Shown here: piece after piece, positions 10,221-20,106 of the stretch
Position numbering within the stretch: the first letter of the stretch is position 1
How the letters are laid out: the number at the start of each line of letters is the position of its first letter
DNA from: Parcubacteria group bacterium
GTDB taxonomy: Bacteria; Patescibacteriota; Minisyncoccia; Phycocordibacterales; CALRBT01
NCBI GenBank assembly: GCA_943354475.1
Contig: CALRBT010000002.1
Coordinates: 16,361-80,360 of the forward strand
Direction: 5' to 3'
Length of the DNA stretch: 64,000 nt
The notes under the pieces: generated by a model
The model's database searches: none
What the model was told of the DNA's origin: nothing
Seen by the model: the letters and a program-made list of their open reading frames with translations, nothing else
Made by a program: the position numbers and the translations under genes

Positions 10221-10293
10221 TGGGCGGTGAGGGACTTGAACCCCCGACATCGTCAACGTCAATGACGCGCTCTACCAACTGAGCTAACCGCCC
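10221..10293 (-). tRNA. tRNA-Val(GAC)
   Basis: GGGCGGTTAGCTCAGTTGGTAGAGC...CGTCA-TTGACGT-TGACG...GGTTCAAGTCC...CCGCCCA. Confidence 0.93.
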
Positions 10294-10365
10294 TTTATTT
10301 GCAACACTTATGCGAGTACTATATCAAGTTTTTTAGCTTGTTTCTAGTCAACTTTAGTGGTGTGG

Positions 10366-10481
10366 CTGTCAGATTTGAGCAAAGTTCTAGGCGCGAGCCT
10401 TGCGTGTGACCAAGATGTAGTAGGCCTACTTCGCGGGAGCACGCAAGGCGAAGCAACAACGAAATTTGCCAAATCTGACAG
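10366..10481 (+). repeat. Dispersed structured repeat family A, copy 1
   Basis: Terminal stem CTGTCAGATTTG/CAAATCTGACAG; AAGTTCTAG...CAACAACGAAATT core. Confidence 0.7.
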
Positions 10482-10486
10482 TTCCA

Positions 10487-11254
10487 CTATTTCGTCAAAT
10501 TCTCGTTATAGTTCAATATCTTCCACCCTCTTCCTGCGGTTATCCATTTCTTCCATGGAGTATACTCGCAGACTGTTACTCCCCCGTTATCCGCTGGGTT
10601 AAAGAAGCTAAGTCTCACGTAAGCAGAATTATGTAAATCTTTTCCGTTTAAAATATATGACAGCAACATCTTAAGGAAGACACCGTGTGTCACCACAACA
10701 ATTCTCCAACTAAAACTGCTTCCCAGAAAATCTAAGCATTTCCGGGCGCGTTTTTTTAAATCATTAAAATTCTCTTCATCAGAATAACGCATGTCATCGG
10801 CATGATAACTCAGATCGATTAAATCAATTATTTTCTTTACTTCAAGGTCGTAATAGGATTTGCCAACAATTTCACTTGGATTTCGCCTTTCGACCAAGAG
10901 TGGACTATATCTAACAGAAGTATTTAGGGACTTATTGATGATTTCCGCAGTTTCGGTGGTGCGCTCATAAGGACTAACGTACATTTTTTGAATATTGTAT
11001 TGCTTCAAATATTCTCCTATCCGCTCTGCTTGCTCTTTACCGGCTTCGGTGAGTCCACCTTTATTATTCTGTTTAATGTGTTCTTTATTGAGAATCGTTT
11101 GACCATGGCGAATAAAGTAAAAACGCTTGGTTCGTAATCTAAAAATAAAATAGAGGAGGAAAACTCCTGCGCCAATAACTACCAGCCAATAATCTAAGTA
11201 TGCCTTCTCCAGATAATAGAGATAAAACTGAAAAATAGTATTGAGTTCGCTCAT
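10487..11254 (-). CDS. Histidine phosphatase family protein with N-terminal TM helix
   Basis: RHGQT, SPYERT, VTHG. Confidence 0.9.
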   Translation of the reverse strand: MSELNTIFQFYLYYLEKAYLDYWLVVIGAGVFLLYFIFRLRTKRFYFIRHGQTILNKEHIKQNNKGGLTEAGKEQAERIGEYLKQYNIQKMYVSPYERTTETAEIINKSLNTSVRYSPLLVERRNPSEIVGKSYYDLEVKKIIDLIDLSYHADDMRYSDEENFNDLKKRARKCLDFLGSSFSWRIVVVTHGVFLKMLLSYILNGKDLHNSAYVRLSFFNPADNGGVTVCEYTPWKKWITAGRGWKILNYNENLTK

Positions 11255-11290
11255 GACTTCTCATTCTAACAAATTTAACGAAAGGGTGTA

Positions 11291-11935
11291 CTAAACATCT
11301 GACCTGATATTTGGGTTATCGATAGTATATCCATAAAGACCCCCTTGTTTCGAGAGCCATAGTACATCGGCTTTAGTAAAGGCGACACCAACCACTAATC
11401 TTACCTTGGGCATTGCTTGGATTACCCTAGGCAGAGAGACAAGTGACCAGACTAATTTAAATGCAAAACGCTGTATTCGATCCCCCCAACCAAGCAAAAT
11501 CATGTCAGGCTTGTACATTTGTGAGTACTTTGCAATATGTTGTGGCAAAGGGGCGATAATGCCGAGTTTGTGTTCCCTTGGTTCATTCCAAGGAAACTTC
11601 GATGCAATGTGGGGAAAGGCAAAGAATGTTACCCGCTTTTCTAGACCAAATTGTTTAACAAAATCGACTGCTAATTTATAAAACCTCTCCTCGTACTCCT
11701 TACATTCAATCAGTAATTCAAGCTCTGTTTCTCGAAGGTAGTTCAGTGCTTCCTCGAAGGTCAGCACCTTGTTATCTTTGGCACGATTATGAATCACGAC
11801 AATCGTCTTACCATCAACTCCATATCTAATATCAAACTCCACGCCATCAATCCCAGCCTCTTTTGATTTCTTAAACGCTTCAATCGTGTTTTCGCCCGCG
11901 CCAGCACTCCATCCTCGATGTGCAAATGATTTCAT
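11291..11935 (-). CDS. Glycerophosphodiester phosphodiesterase family protein
   Basis: AHRG, ENTIEAF, GVEFDI, IECK. Confidence 0.85.
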   Translation of the reverse strand: MKSFAHRGWSAGAGENTIEAFKKSKEAGIDGVEFDIRYGVDGKTIVVIHNRAKDNKVLTFEEALNYLRETELELLIECKEYEERFYKLAVDFVKQFGLEKRVTFFAFPHIASKFPWNEPREHKLGIIAPLPQHIAKYSQMYKPDMILLGWGDRIQRFAFKLVWSLVSLPRVIQAMPKVRLVVGVAFTKADVLWLSKQGGLYGYTIDNPNIRSDV

Positions 11936-11947
11936 GAAGTATGAGGT

Positions 11948-12634
11948 TTATTCTGCCTGTACAGACGCACGAGTCATCGGACCAAAAAATCCAAGTGTTG
12001 GTGTGATTCCTTTGCTCTCCTGATATCGCTTAACTGCATTTCTTGTAAGAGGGCCAAAGTACCCTTTGGGAACTCCTTGGGGAATTATCAAAAGAGATTT
12101 GCGTTCTAAAAAAGTTTGCAAAGCAACAACGTCTTCCCCGGTACTGCCCAACGTTAAATTCCTCGCGTATGCATAGACACTGAGGATAGTTGTAGAACTT
12201 TTTTCTTTATCCAACGCAATAACAGTTTGATCGTTCTCCGTGTCGTGTACCAAACTAGTACTTCCACAATCAATTCCACTCTGCAACCTACCACTCAACC
12301 TACCACTTCCCTCTGGATAGATGGAGGCGAACACAATATAGGTAGCTCCTTTTTGATAGAAAATATTACCGTCTACTAGACCAGTCCATGACCTAATGCC
12401 ATAAATTTTCATACTACTCGACACATCTCCCTTCCAAGATTTAATTAGAGAAAACTGCGCGTACTCATCTTCCCTTACAGTTGATGTATGTACTTCATTA
12501 GCGGTACCTAAGAAGATGACATCTCCTCGATCCAACAGCCTCTCTGGAGGTTGGATGCACGAGAGGGCTGAAGCATTTTGTGAAAAACCAAACAAAGTTA
12601 CGGAAATAATAAAAAGGCTAAGTAAAAATTTCAT
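11948..12634 (-). CDS. Secreted protein with C-terminal peptidoglycan-binding domain
   Basis: Signal peptide/ALSC; LGSTGEDVVALQ...GYFGPLTRNAV. Confidence 0.8.
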   Translation of the reverse strand: MKFLLSLFIISVTLFGFSQNASALSCIQPPERLLDRGDVIFLGTANEVHTSTVREDEYAQFSLIKSWKGDVSSSMKIYGIRSWTGLVDGNIFYQKGATYIVFASIYPEGSGRLSGRLQSGIDCGSTSLVHDTENDQTVIALDKEKSSTTILSVYAYARNLTLGSTGEDVVALQTFLERKSLLIIPQGVPKGYFGPLTRNAVKRYQESKGITPTLGFFGPMTRASVQAE

Positions 12635-12701
12635 GTATTAACTGTAGCATCAAACCAATAACTCAGATAGTTCAATTCTCTATAAGAAAAATGGGATAAC
12701 T

Positions 12702-12750
12702 TTTTGTGACCCTACGCGGAGTTAAATTGAGCTTACAGCCTTGAAAAGGC
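12702..12750 (-). repeat. Degenerate copy of tRNA-Glu 3' half (att-like)
   Basis: TTTTGTGACCCTACGCGGAGT...GCTTACAGCCTTGAAAAGGC matches 13106-13154. Confidence 0.8.
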
Positions 12751-12783
12751 TCTAAGTGATGGGAATTTCATGCGAATAAATGC

Positions 12784-13068
12784 CTAGTAGAAACCTGAAA
12801 TGGTAATTCCAAAAATTGCTATGAGAACAATGCCGGTTGCCACACAAACCAAACCCAATTGTTTCGTCCCGCGCCCTCCCGTCCTCCTAGAGTTGAATAG
12901 TATCTCGTCCGCTAGAGTAGGGTTATTGCTCAATCGTTTTAATATTTTTTTATCTATCCAAATGAGCCAAATACCTAATACCAGGAGGATCAATCCGAAC
13001 ACACCAATAAGATTCAACATCATAGTTTCAGACATATAGATAAGGATATCATGACTTGCTGGCTCCAT
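12784..13068 (-). CDS. Small two-TM membrane protein
   Basis: Two hydrophobic helices; lies between tRNA-Glu and its partial duplicate. Confidence 0.6.
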   Translation of the reverse strand: MEPASHDILIYMSETMMLNLIGVFGLILLVLGIWLIWIDKKILKRLSNNPTLADEILFNSRRTGGRGTKQLGLVCVATGIVLIAIFGITISGFY

Positions 13069-13110
13069 AAATCACACAATCTCACACAGGCGAGATGTTT
13101 GTGTCTTTTG

Positions 13111-13182
13111 TGACCCTACGCGGAGTCGAACCGCGCTTACAGCCTTGAAAAGGCCGTGTCCTAACCGATAGACGATAGGGCC
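13111..13182 (-). tRNA. tRNA-Glu(TTC)
   Basis: GGCCCTATCGTCTATCGGTTAGGAC..CGGCC-TTTTCAA-GGCTG..GGTTCGACTCC..TAGGGTCA. Confidence 0.93.
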
Positions 13183-13330
13183 AAATATTCTTGATTCCAA
13201 AACACCATTTTGTGCCACTATTCGGAGCTGTGGCAAACCGCGCCGATATAGGGCCAAATATTCTTGATTCCAAAACACCATTTTGTGCCACTATTCGGAG
13301 CTGTGGCAAACCGCACCAATAGGGCCAAAT
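13175..13330. repeat. About 72-bp tandem repeat (2 copies plus a partial) including the tRNA-Glu 5' end
   Basis: ATAGGGCCAAAT at 13175, 13248 and 13319, with near-identical intervening sequence. Confidence 0.9.
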
Positions 13331-13451
13331 GGCTATTTGAACTTCAAGAATATAACACTTTTATGCGTTTTGTGCAAAAAATGCTAGTATGGCAAAATTG
13401 GCTAAACCGATTGCAAGCAATCGGTCGCCCAACCTGCAATATCAGGTTTAG

Positions 13452-13541
13452 GGAGACGTGGGTGAGTGGTTGAAATCACCGCTTTCGAAAAGCGGCGTAC
13501 GGGAAACCGTACCGGAGGTTCAAATCCTCCCGTCTCCGCCA
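13452..13541 (+). tRNA. tRNA-Ser(CGA)
   Basis: GGAGACG..CCGCT-TTCGAAA-AGCGG, long variable arm, CGTCTCC-G-CCA. Confidence 0.95.
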
Positions 13542-13558
13542 GAAATCGAAAAAGCAAT

Positions 13559-14728
13559 ATGAAAATTCTCTCAATCGAAACCAGCTGTGATGAAACTGCC
13601 ATCTGCCTCCTTGAGGCGAGTGGTGGTAAAGAAGCACCTGAGTTTAAAATTCTCGGCAACGGACTCATGTCACAAATCGAAATCCACAAACCGATGGGGG
13701 GAGTGGTGCCCATGCTTGCCAAAAGAGCCCATGGGGTTAATCTCGTGCCAATCCTCTTGGAAGTACTGCGTGAGGCAGAAGTTCTCGAAACAGCCGATCA
13801 AATCGAAAACAAACCGACTGAAGAAATTTCAAAAATCTTAGAAAGAGAGCCGGAACTCCTTGATGCGTTTATCAACAACCTCCTCACCATAGAACCACCT
13901 GACATTGATGCTATTGCGGTCACTTCAGGACCGGGGCTTGAACCAGCACTCTGGGTCGGCATCAACTTCGCAAAAGCACTTGGACTCCTCTGGAATAAGC
14001 CAGTCATCGCTATCAATCACATGGAGGGGCATGTCCTCTCAGCTCTAATGGAAGGAAAATTGTGGTTTCCAGCACTGGCCCTGCTTATCTCAGGTGGACA
14101 CACCGAGCTGGTGCATATAACAGACTGGCTTCAATATAAAGTCATTGGTGAGACGCGTGACGACGCAGTCGGTGAAGCGTTCGATAAGGTGGCGCGTATG
14201 ATGGGACTTCCCTACCCTGGTGGTCCTGAAATTTCCAAACTTGCTGAAATCGCTCGTACACAAGGCATCGTCTCAACGTATAAACTTCCACGTCCAATGA
14301 TCAATTCTGACGATTTTGCCTTCTCTTTCGCTGGACTTAAAACTGCAATGCTCTACACGATTAAAAAAATTCCCGAGCTGACTGATGAAATAAAGATGGG
14401 GCTGGCGCGTGAATTCGAAGATGCTGTCGTCGAGGTCTTGATTGCAAAAACAAAAAAAGCGCTAAAACAATTTGGCGCAAAAAGTTTGATTCTTGGTGGT
14501 GGTGTTACGGCAAACAAGGAAATTCGCCGAGCATTCGAAGAAATGTTCGAAGAAGAAATGCTGGACGAGCTTCCGACCACGTCACTAATGATTCCTGATC
14601 GCCTCCTCTCAACCGATAACGCGATTATGATTGGTATGGCCGCCTACATCAGATTACTTCTTAATCCATCTTTAAAAGAGGAGGGTTATGAGTCAATCAA
14701 GGCTGAAGGAAATCTCAGACTAGGCTAA
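13559..14728 (+). CDS. tsaD: tRNA N6-threonylcarbamoyltransferase TsaD
   Basis: IETSCDET, GPGL, HMEGH, SGGHT, TDNAIMI; start moved to after tRNA-Ser. Confidence 0.96.
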   Translation: MKILSIETSCDETAICLLEASGGKEAPEFKILGNGLMSQIEIHKPMGGVVPMLAKRAHGVNLVPILLEVLREAEVLETADQIENKPTEEISKILEREPELLDAFINNLLTIEPPDIDAIAVTSGPGLEPALWVGINFAKALGLLWNKPVIAINHMEGHVLSALMEGKLWFPALALLISGGHTELVHITDWLQYKVIGETRDDAVGEAFDKVARMMGLPYPGGPEISKLAEIARTQGIVSTYKLPRPMINSDDFAFSFAGLKTAMLYTIKKIPELTDEIKMGLAREFEDAVVEVLIAKTKKALKQFGAKSLILGGGVTANKEIRRAFEEMFEEEMLDELPTTSLMIPDRLLSTDNAIMIGMAAYIRLLLNPSLKEEGYESIKAEGNLRLG

Positions 14729-15125
14729 AACTAGTAAGGGCGGAGAGCGCTGCTCCCCGCCACCCTTCAATCGGTCTGCGAATCGTCTTTTTCGTGAAAA
14801 TCTTCCCCAGGCCGAGCGTCCGAGGGCTCCTTGATTGGACCGTACGGGAAGCCTGCGGTCGACATCTTCACCTCAGGTCTCGAGCCTTCTCCAGACACGG
14901 AGGATTGCTTTGCGGGCATAAGGGGTGTATCCCGCCGAATATGACGGCTAAGTCTACTCATGGTCTTTGCTCCCAGAGTTAAACGCTGTCAGTTGAAGAA
15001 TTTAGGCACTTGTATCCATCCACAATAAAACCATTCACTATATATAAAGTCAATCATTACCTGTGAAGAAGTCGTAAAACTAGACTCTTTCAATCGAACA
15101 AATCATCTGGTATTCTGAGGATTCT

Positions 15126-17330
15126 ATGGATGATAAATTCTTAAAACCCTACAACCCCAAAGAAGTCGAGGGAAAAATCTACCAAACATGGGAGGATTCT
15201 GGCTATTTTAATCCCGACAAACTCCCCAATCAGTCAGGTGAGCCGTTTACCGTAGTTCTCCCTCCCCCAAACGTTACCGGTACGCTCCACGTTGGGCACG
15301 CTTATGAAGACACTTTGCAAGACATCGTTATCCGCTTCCAGCGAATGCGTGGAAAGAGAGCCCTTTGGATCCCTGGCACCGATTCGGCGGCAATCGCCAC
15401 ACAAGCACGTGTTGAGAAAAATCTGCAAAAAGATGAGGGGAAAACGCGCCACGACCTTGGACGTGAAGAAATGGTAAAACGGACTTATGAATTTGCTAAA
15501 AACAGCGAGAGCACCATCCTTAACCAGGTGCGAAAAATGGGTGCAAGCCTTGATTGGTCTCGTTATGCCTACACGCTCGACGACAAGCGAAATCTCGCTG
15601 TATTTACCGCATTCAAGCGTATGTATGATGCAGGACTGATTTATCGTGGATCGCGAATCATCAACTGGGACCCGAAGGGTCAAACGACCATATCAGATGA
15701 TGAAGTCGTCTATGAAGAGGAAAAGAGTAAATTCTACTATTTTAAATATGGACCATTTGTTATTGGTACCGCTCGGCCCGAGACAAAATTTGGCGACAAA
15801 TACGTCGTTGTCCATCCAGATGACAGCAGATATAGCGCATATACCCATGGTCAGAAAATTGAGCTCGAGTGGATAAACGGACCAATTATAGCTACGGTTA
15901 TCAAAGACTCGGCTGCCGACATGGAAATGGGTACTGGCGCCATGACCATCACCCCATGGCACTCACTCGTCGACTTTGAACTAGCGGAGAAATATGACTT
16001 GGATAAAGAACAAGTGATTGATAAGTATGGAAAATTACTACCAATTGCGGGTGAATTTGCTGGCATGAAAATAACTGAAGCGAGGGAGAAGATTGTAGAG
16101 AAACTCCAAGCTAAAGGGCTCGTAGAAAAAATCGACGAAAACTATGTCCACAACATCGCAACCTCTGAGCGCACCGGAGCAACCATTGAACCTCAGATTA
16201 TGGAACAGTGGTTTGTTGCGGTAGATAAAGAATTCACCATCCCCTACTCTGAAATCCCCGGTATTGAAAGTGGCAGCAAAATAACCCTCAAGGAAATGAT
16301 GCGAACCGCTGTTGAGGGCGGCGCAGTCGATATGCCACAAGAAGGTTTCCGTAAAACATATCTCCACTGGATTTTGAACCTCCACGATTGGTGTATCTCC
16401 AGGCAAATTTGGTTTGGACATCGTATTCCTGTTTGGTATAAAAATAACGAAATTTATTGTGGAGTTAGTGCGCCTGAGGGTGATGGTTGGGAACAAGATC
16501 CTGACGTACTCGACACCTGGTTTTCTTCTGCACTTTGGACATTCTCAACATTGGACTGGCCAGAGAAGACTGTTGACCTCAAGACATTTCATCCAACCGC
16601 TTTCATGTCCCCTGCTTATGAGATTTTGCAGCTATGGGTATCTCGTATGATCCTTATGAGTGGCTTCCACTTGGGACAAGCTCCGTTTAAAAAGGTATTG
16701 ATACACGGACTCGTACGAGCAAAGGATGGCCGTAAATTCAGTAAATCACTCAATAATGGAGTTGATCCACTAGACATGGTTGAAAAGTATGGAGCTGATG
16801 CACTACGAATGGGGCTTATCGTTGGTTCCGCTATTGGAAGCGATATTAAGTTCGATGAACAGAGAATTCGTGGATACAAACTCTTTGCTAATAAAATTTG
16901 GAATGTGACCAGATTTATATTAGAGAATGCGAAGGATTTTGATAGTGAAGCGAAACTTGTCGATTATACAGGTACAGATACAGGAGCTTACTCAATGCAT
17001 GCGACCTACCACAATCAACTTAAAACAAGTCTTGAAGATATAACGCTTGATCTTGAAAACTACCGTCTGTATTTAGCCGGTGAAAAGATTTATCATTATT
17101 TCTGGCACACTTTTGCAGATGAAATCATTGAATGGAGTAAACCACTACTTAAAAGTGGTGATGAAAAAGAAAAATGGGCGACTCAGCACCTGCTTTTATC
17201 TATTTTAGCTGATACAATAAAAGTACTTCATCCGTTCATGCCATTTGTTACCGAAGAAATCTGGAGTTCACTGCCCGCACAGCTCAAAAAACAAAAACTG
17301 CTGATGGTTGAGCCATGGCCATTATCCTAG
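15126..17330 (+). CDS. valS: Valine-tRNA ligase (short form, no C-terminal coiled coil)
   Basis: PPPNVTGTLHVGH, WCISRQIWFGH, KFSKS. Confidence 0.96.
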   Translation: MDDKFLKPYNPKEVEGKIYQTWEDSGYFNPDKLPNQSGEPFTVVLPPPNVTGTLHVGHAYEDTLQDIVIRFQRMRGKRALWIPGTDSAAIATQARVEKNLQKDEGKTRHDLGREEMVKRTYEFAKNSESTILNQVRKMGASLDWSRYAYTLDDKRNLAVFTAFKRMYDAGLIYRGSRIINWDPKGQTTISDDEVVYEEEKSKFYYFKYGPFVIGTARPETKFGDKYVVVHPDDSRYSAYTHGQKIELEWINGPIIATVIKDSAADMEMGTGAMTITPWHSLVDFELAEKYDLDKEQVIDKYGKLLPIAGEFAGMKITEAREKIVEKLQAKGLVEKIDENYVHNIATSERTGATIEPQIMEQWFVAVDKEFTIPYSEIPGIESGSKITLKEMMRTAVEGGAVDMPQEGFRKTYLHWILNLHDWCISRQIWFGHRIPVWYKNNEIYCGVSAPEGDGWEQDPDVLDTWFSSALWTFSTLDWPEKTVDLKTFHPTAFMSPAYEILQLWVSRMILMSGFHLGQAPFKKVLIHGLVRAKDGRKFSKSLNNGVDPLDMVEKYGADALRMGLIVGSAIGSDIKFDEQRIRGYKLFANKIWNVTRFILENAKDFDSEAKLVDYTGTDTGAYSMHATYHNQLKTSLEDITLDLENYRLYLAGEKIYHYFWHTFADEIIEWSKPLLKSGDEKEKWATQHLLLSILADTIKVLHPFMPFVTEEIWSSLPAQLKKQKLLMVEPWPLS

Positions 17331-17453
17331 GACTTTGTATGACTGAGCGAAGTTCTAGGCGGAATCGAGGTTGCGACTGAGTCATACTAAACGTATGATG
17401 AAGGAGAAACTGAAGACTCCAACAACGAAATTCGCCAGTTATACAAAGTCCTA
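17328..17453 (+). repeat. Dispersed structured repeat family A, copy 2
   Basis: TAGGACTTTGTAT/ATACAAAGTCCTA termini; GAAGTTCTAGGCGGAATCGAGGTT core. Confidence 0.8.
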
Positions 17454-17454
17454 C

Positions 17455-18279
17455 ATGAGTTTTTTCTCACCTTTAAATATTTTAATTGCCTTTGCAATGG
17501 GGATACTCCCCGCACTTTTATGGCTATGGTTTTGGCTCCATGAAGACAGTCTGCATCCCGAACCAAAGAAAATCATCATTATCACCTTCATCGTTGGTAT
17601 GCTGGCAACAATTCCAGCACTCTTTGGTGAGAGTTATGTTTGTGGTTTATTTACAGAAACTAGCTCAGCAGGAAACTTTCTTACAAACATAGGGCTTGGC
17701 GCAGCCAATGATTTTAAAATTGATTGTATTGGAACATCCTTTGTAGGTAATCTTGCCCTTCTCGTTGTAATTCTATGGGTAGTCATCGAGGAAGTGGTTA
17801 AGTTTGGTGCTGTTTACGTTTCAGCACTCTGGAGAAAGGAGAACAATGAGCCGATAGATAGTTTGATTTATTTTATCACTGGAGCACTTGGATTTTCTGC
17901 TGCTGAAAACAGTCTTTATCTTCTCTCCGCACTAAGCACAGACGGTTCAGCTATTCAAAGTATCGTCTTGGGTAATTTCCGATTCCTCGGAGCAACACTT
18001 CTTCATACCGTTTCAACCGGTGCAATTGGACTCGCTTTGGCGCTCTCCTATTTTAAACCAAGGTGGCTTCGAAGTTCTGCGGTTATCATCGGAGTTATTA
18101 TCGCAATCGCATTGCATACGATGTTTAATTTATTTATACTTAGAAGTGATGATGGAAATTTCTTGGCGACGTTTGGTTTTGTTTGGCTCGCTTCAATTGT
18201 CCTATTACTCTTTTTTGAAAAAGTAAAAGTAGTTCACCAAAAATATTATTCCACTGAACCAATTACTCCAACTCTTTAA
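17455..18279 (+). CDS. prsW: PrsW-family intramembrane metalloprotease
   Basis: EEVVK, GFSAAEN, H motifs; start moved to MSFFSP. Confidence 0.88.
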   Translation: MSFFSPLNILIAFAMGILPALLWLWFWLHEDSLHPEPKKIIIITFIVGMLATIPALFGESYVCGLFTETSSAGNFLTNIGLGAANDFKIDCIGTSFVGNLALLVVILWVVIEEVVKFGAVYVSALWRKENNEPIDSLIYFITGALGFSAAENSLYLLSALSTDGSAIQSIVLGNFRFLGATLLHTVSTGAIGLALALSYFKPRWLRSSAVIIGVIIAIALHTMFNLFILRSDDGNFLATFGFVWLASIVLLLFFEKVKVVHQKYYSTEPITPTL

Positions 18280-18284
18280 AATTT

Positions 18285-18776
18285 ATGTCAAAAGATAAAC
18301 GCTCTTTTTTTGAAAAACTCTCCGGGGTAGTCCGAATTGAGGATGATTTTGAGCCACCACAGCAAGAAAGTAGGTCATTAACTCCTCGAGGAAACGGTCC
18401 ACAAGTAAGCAGGCAAAATCATGAGCTGAGCCCTGAAACAGTACAAGAGGCTGAATTAGCTGTTGATGTCTATCAACTACCAAATGAAATTGTTATTAAA
18501 GCCATGGCGGCAGGTGTCAGACCTGAAGATCTCGACCTTTCAATCACTAGAGACATAGTCACTATTCGTGGTCGTCGAGAAGAAACGAGGGGGGTTGATG
18601 AGAGTGATTACTTCCATAAAGAACTTTATTGGGGTTCATTTTCAAGAACAATTGAGCTTCCACAAGAGATTGATATCGAGAGCGCTACTGCTATTGAAAA
18701 ATTCGGTCTTCTTATTCTTACCCTACCAAAACTCAACAAAGAAAAGCAGGCGAAGGTCAAGGTCAAGTCTATGTAG
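18285..18776 (+). CDS. Hsp20/alpha-crystallin small heat shock protein
   Basis: ELYWGSFSRTIELP, GLLILTLPK. Confidence 0.92.
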   Translation: MSKDKRSFFEKLSGVVRIEDDFEPPQQESRSLTPRGNGPQVSRQNHELSPETVQEAELAVDVYQLPNEIVIKAMAAGVRPEDLDLSITRDIVTIRGRREETRGVDESDYFHKELYWGSFSRTIELPQEIDIESATAIEKFGLLILTLPKLNKEKQAKVKVKSM

Positions 18777-18851
18777 TTGGTTTAGGCGAAATTGACGATT
18801 ACTCAAAAAGTGTTATTCTCTTGATAGAGCTTGAAACATTAGGAGGTCAAT

Positions 18852-19280
18852 GTGGCCAACAGAGAGTGGAATGGCGACGAGAGAGCGGAGTTTAAGAAAC
18901 TTTGGGAGCAGAAGAATCCAGAACTCTCTGTGCGGGAAATAGCTCAGCGTCTTGGAAGAACAATGCCTGCAGTTCTGCATGAGCGCTTTAGGCTTAGGCT
19001 AACCCCACGAGCTTCGCCTATCAAACATAAGGGACTGGGAAAAGGAACAAAAATAGCTGGTGAGGCCACTGTACCTATTCAAACAACACCCCCAGAGAAA
19101 CCCAACAAGTCTAGTACTACCTGTTGCTGGCCGATTGGGGAGCCTGGGACAAAAAGCTTCTGCTTCTGTAGCTCTCCGTCCGAACTAGGACACCCATACT
19201 GCGCCTCACATTGTATCGATGCATACCCGAAAAGCTCCAGATTGGCAGAATGGCAAGCAAAACTTCGCCAAGCAACATAG
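18852..19280 (+). CDS. GcrA cell-cycle regulator-like protein
   Basis: N-terminal W...LW...S..EIAQRLG.T..AV...RL.L; C-terminal CCWPIGEP..FCFC...PYC..H..AY; promoter 18792-18819, RBS AGGAGG, hairpin 19289-19315. Confidence 0.85.
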   Translation: MANREWNGDERAEFKKLWEQKNPELSVREIAQRLGRTMPAVLHERFRLRLTPRASPIKHKGLGKGTKIAGEATVPIQTTPPEKPNKSSTTCCWPIGEPGTKSFCFCSSPSELGHPYCASHCIDAYPKSSRLAEWQAKLRQAT

Positions 19281-19434
19281 ATACTAGGAGGGGGTCACCA
19301 CAAGGTGACCCCCCTAAATCGTTTTACGAGTTTATACACTACACTTCGTCAACGGTTTGAAATGACCCCTCTGAAACCAGTTCTATTTGTTTTTTCCCAA
19401 ATTTATGGTAGTTTTCTAGTATCGTTCCTGATTC

Positions 19435-19609
19435 TGGGGCTTCCATATTTGAATGAAATTCGACCCAGTACCGAGTAGGTCTTTTGACAAAAGAGGTCTT
19501 CCTGCTGAAAGAGGTGGAATCGAGGTTTCAACTGAGCCATACTAAAACGTATAGTGAAGGAGAAACCGATGATTCCAACAAAGAAGTTCGTCAAATATGG
19601 AAGTCCCCA
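19435..19609 (+). repeat. Dispersed structured repeat family A, copy 3
   Basis: GGGGCTTCCATATTTGA/TCAAATATGGAAGTCCCC termini; GGAATCGAGGTT...GAAGGAGAAACCGATGATT core. Confidence 0.8.
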
Positions 19610-19615
19610 CAAAAA

Positions 19616-19689
19616 GCCGAGGTAGCTCAGTTGGTTAGAGCATCTGCCTGAAGAGCAGAGGGTCGGCAGTTCAACTCTGCCCCTCGGCA
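19616..19689 (+). tRNA. tRNA-Phe(GAA)
   Basis: GCCGAGGTAGCTCAG..TCTGC-CTGAAGA-GCAGA..CCTCGGCA. Confidence 0.93.
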
Positions 19690-19754
19690 CAAACACAAAG
19701 AAAGCGCGCAACATTTGTTGCGCGCTTTCTTTGTGTTTGTGCCGATCCTTAAAA

Positions 19755-20051
19755 CTATTTCATGTCGGGAGATAGTAACTTTCTAATCCCTTCAAAACTT
19801 GGGGCATTCTGTGTCGTCGTAGAACTTGATCCAAAAAGCCCCTTTATTCCTTGATAATTTTTTACCACATCATCGAGATATGGTTGGATCACCAAGTAGC
19901 TCCAGAGCGTGATGCCGATAATGATTGCCCACTTAATCCATGAAAAAAAGTTTGACCAACGCTGTGTACGCTGCAAACTATGTAAAATTTTATTATTCTC
20001 TTCAGCAAGTTCGGTCAGATGTCTCATTTGACGAGTGATTTCTGGTTCCAT
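19755..20051 (-). CDS. Hypothetical single-TM protein
   Basis: ORF with EENNKIL and one TM helix. Confidence 0.7.
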   Translation of the reverse strand: MEPEITRQMRHLTELAEENNKILHSLQRTQRWSNFFSWIKWAIIIGITLWSYLVIQPYLDDVVKNYQGIKGLFGSSSTTTQNAPSFEGIRKLLSPDMK

Positions 20052-20106
20052 AAGTAACTCCAGTATACCAAAATTAAATAATCTGTTTTCCCCAGATTAT
20101 ATATTT

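Noticed and set aside
13466-13558. N-terminal extensions of TsaD (also PrsW 17371, TypA 59743, alpha-CTD 43190)
   Set aside because: They overlap a tRNA, a repeat or a promoter region; downstream ATGs fit family starts.
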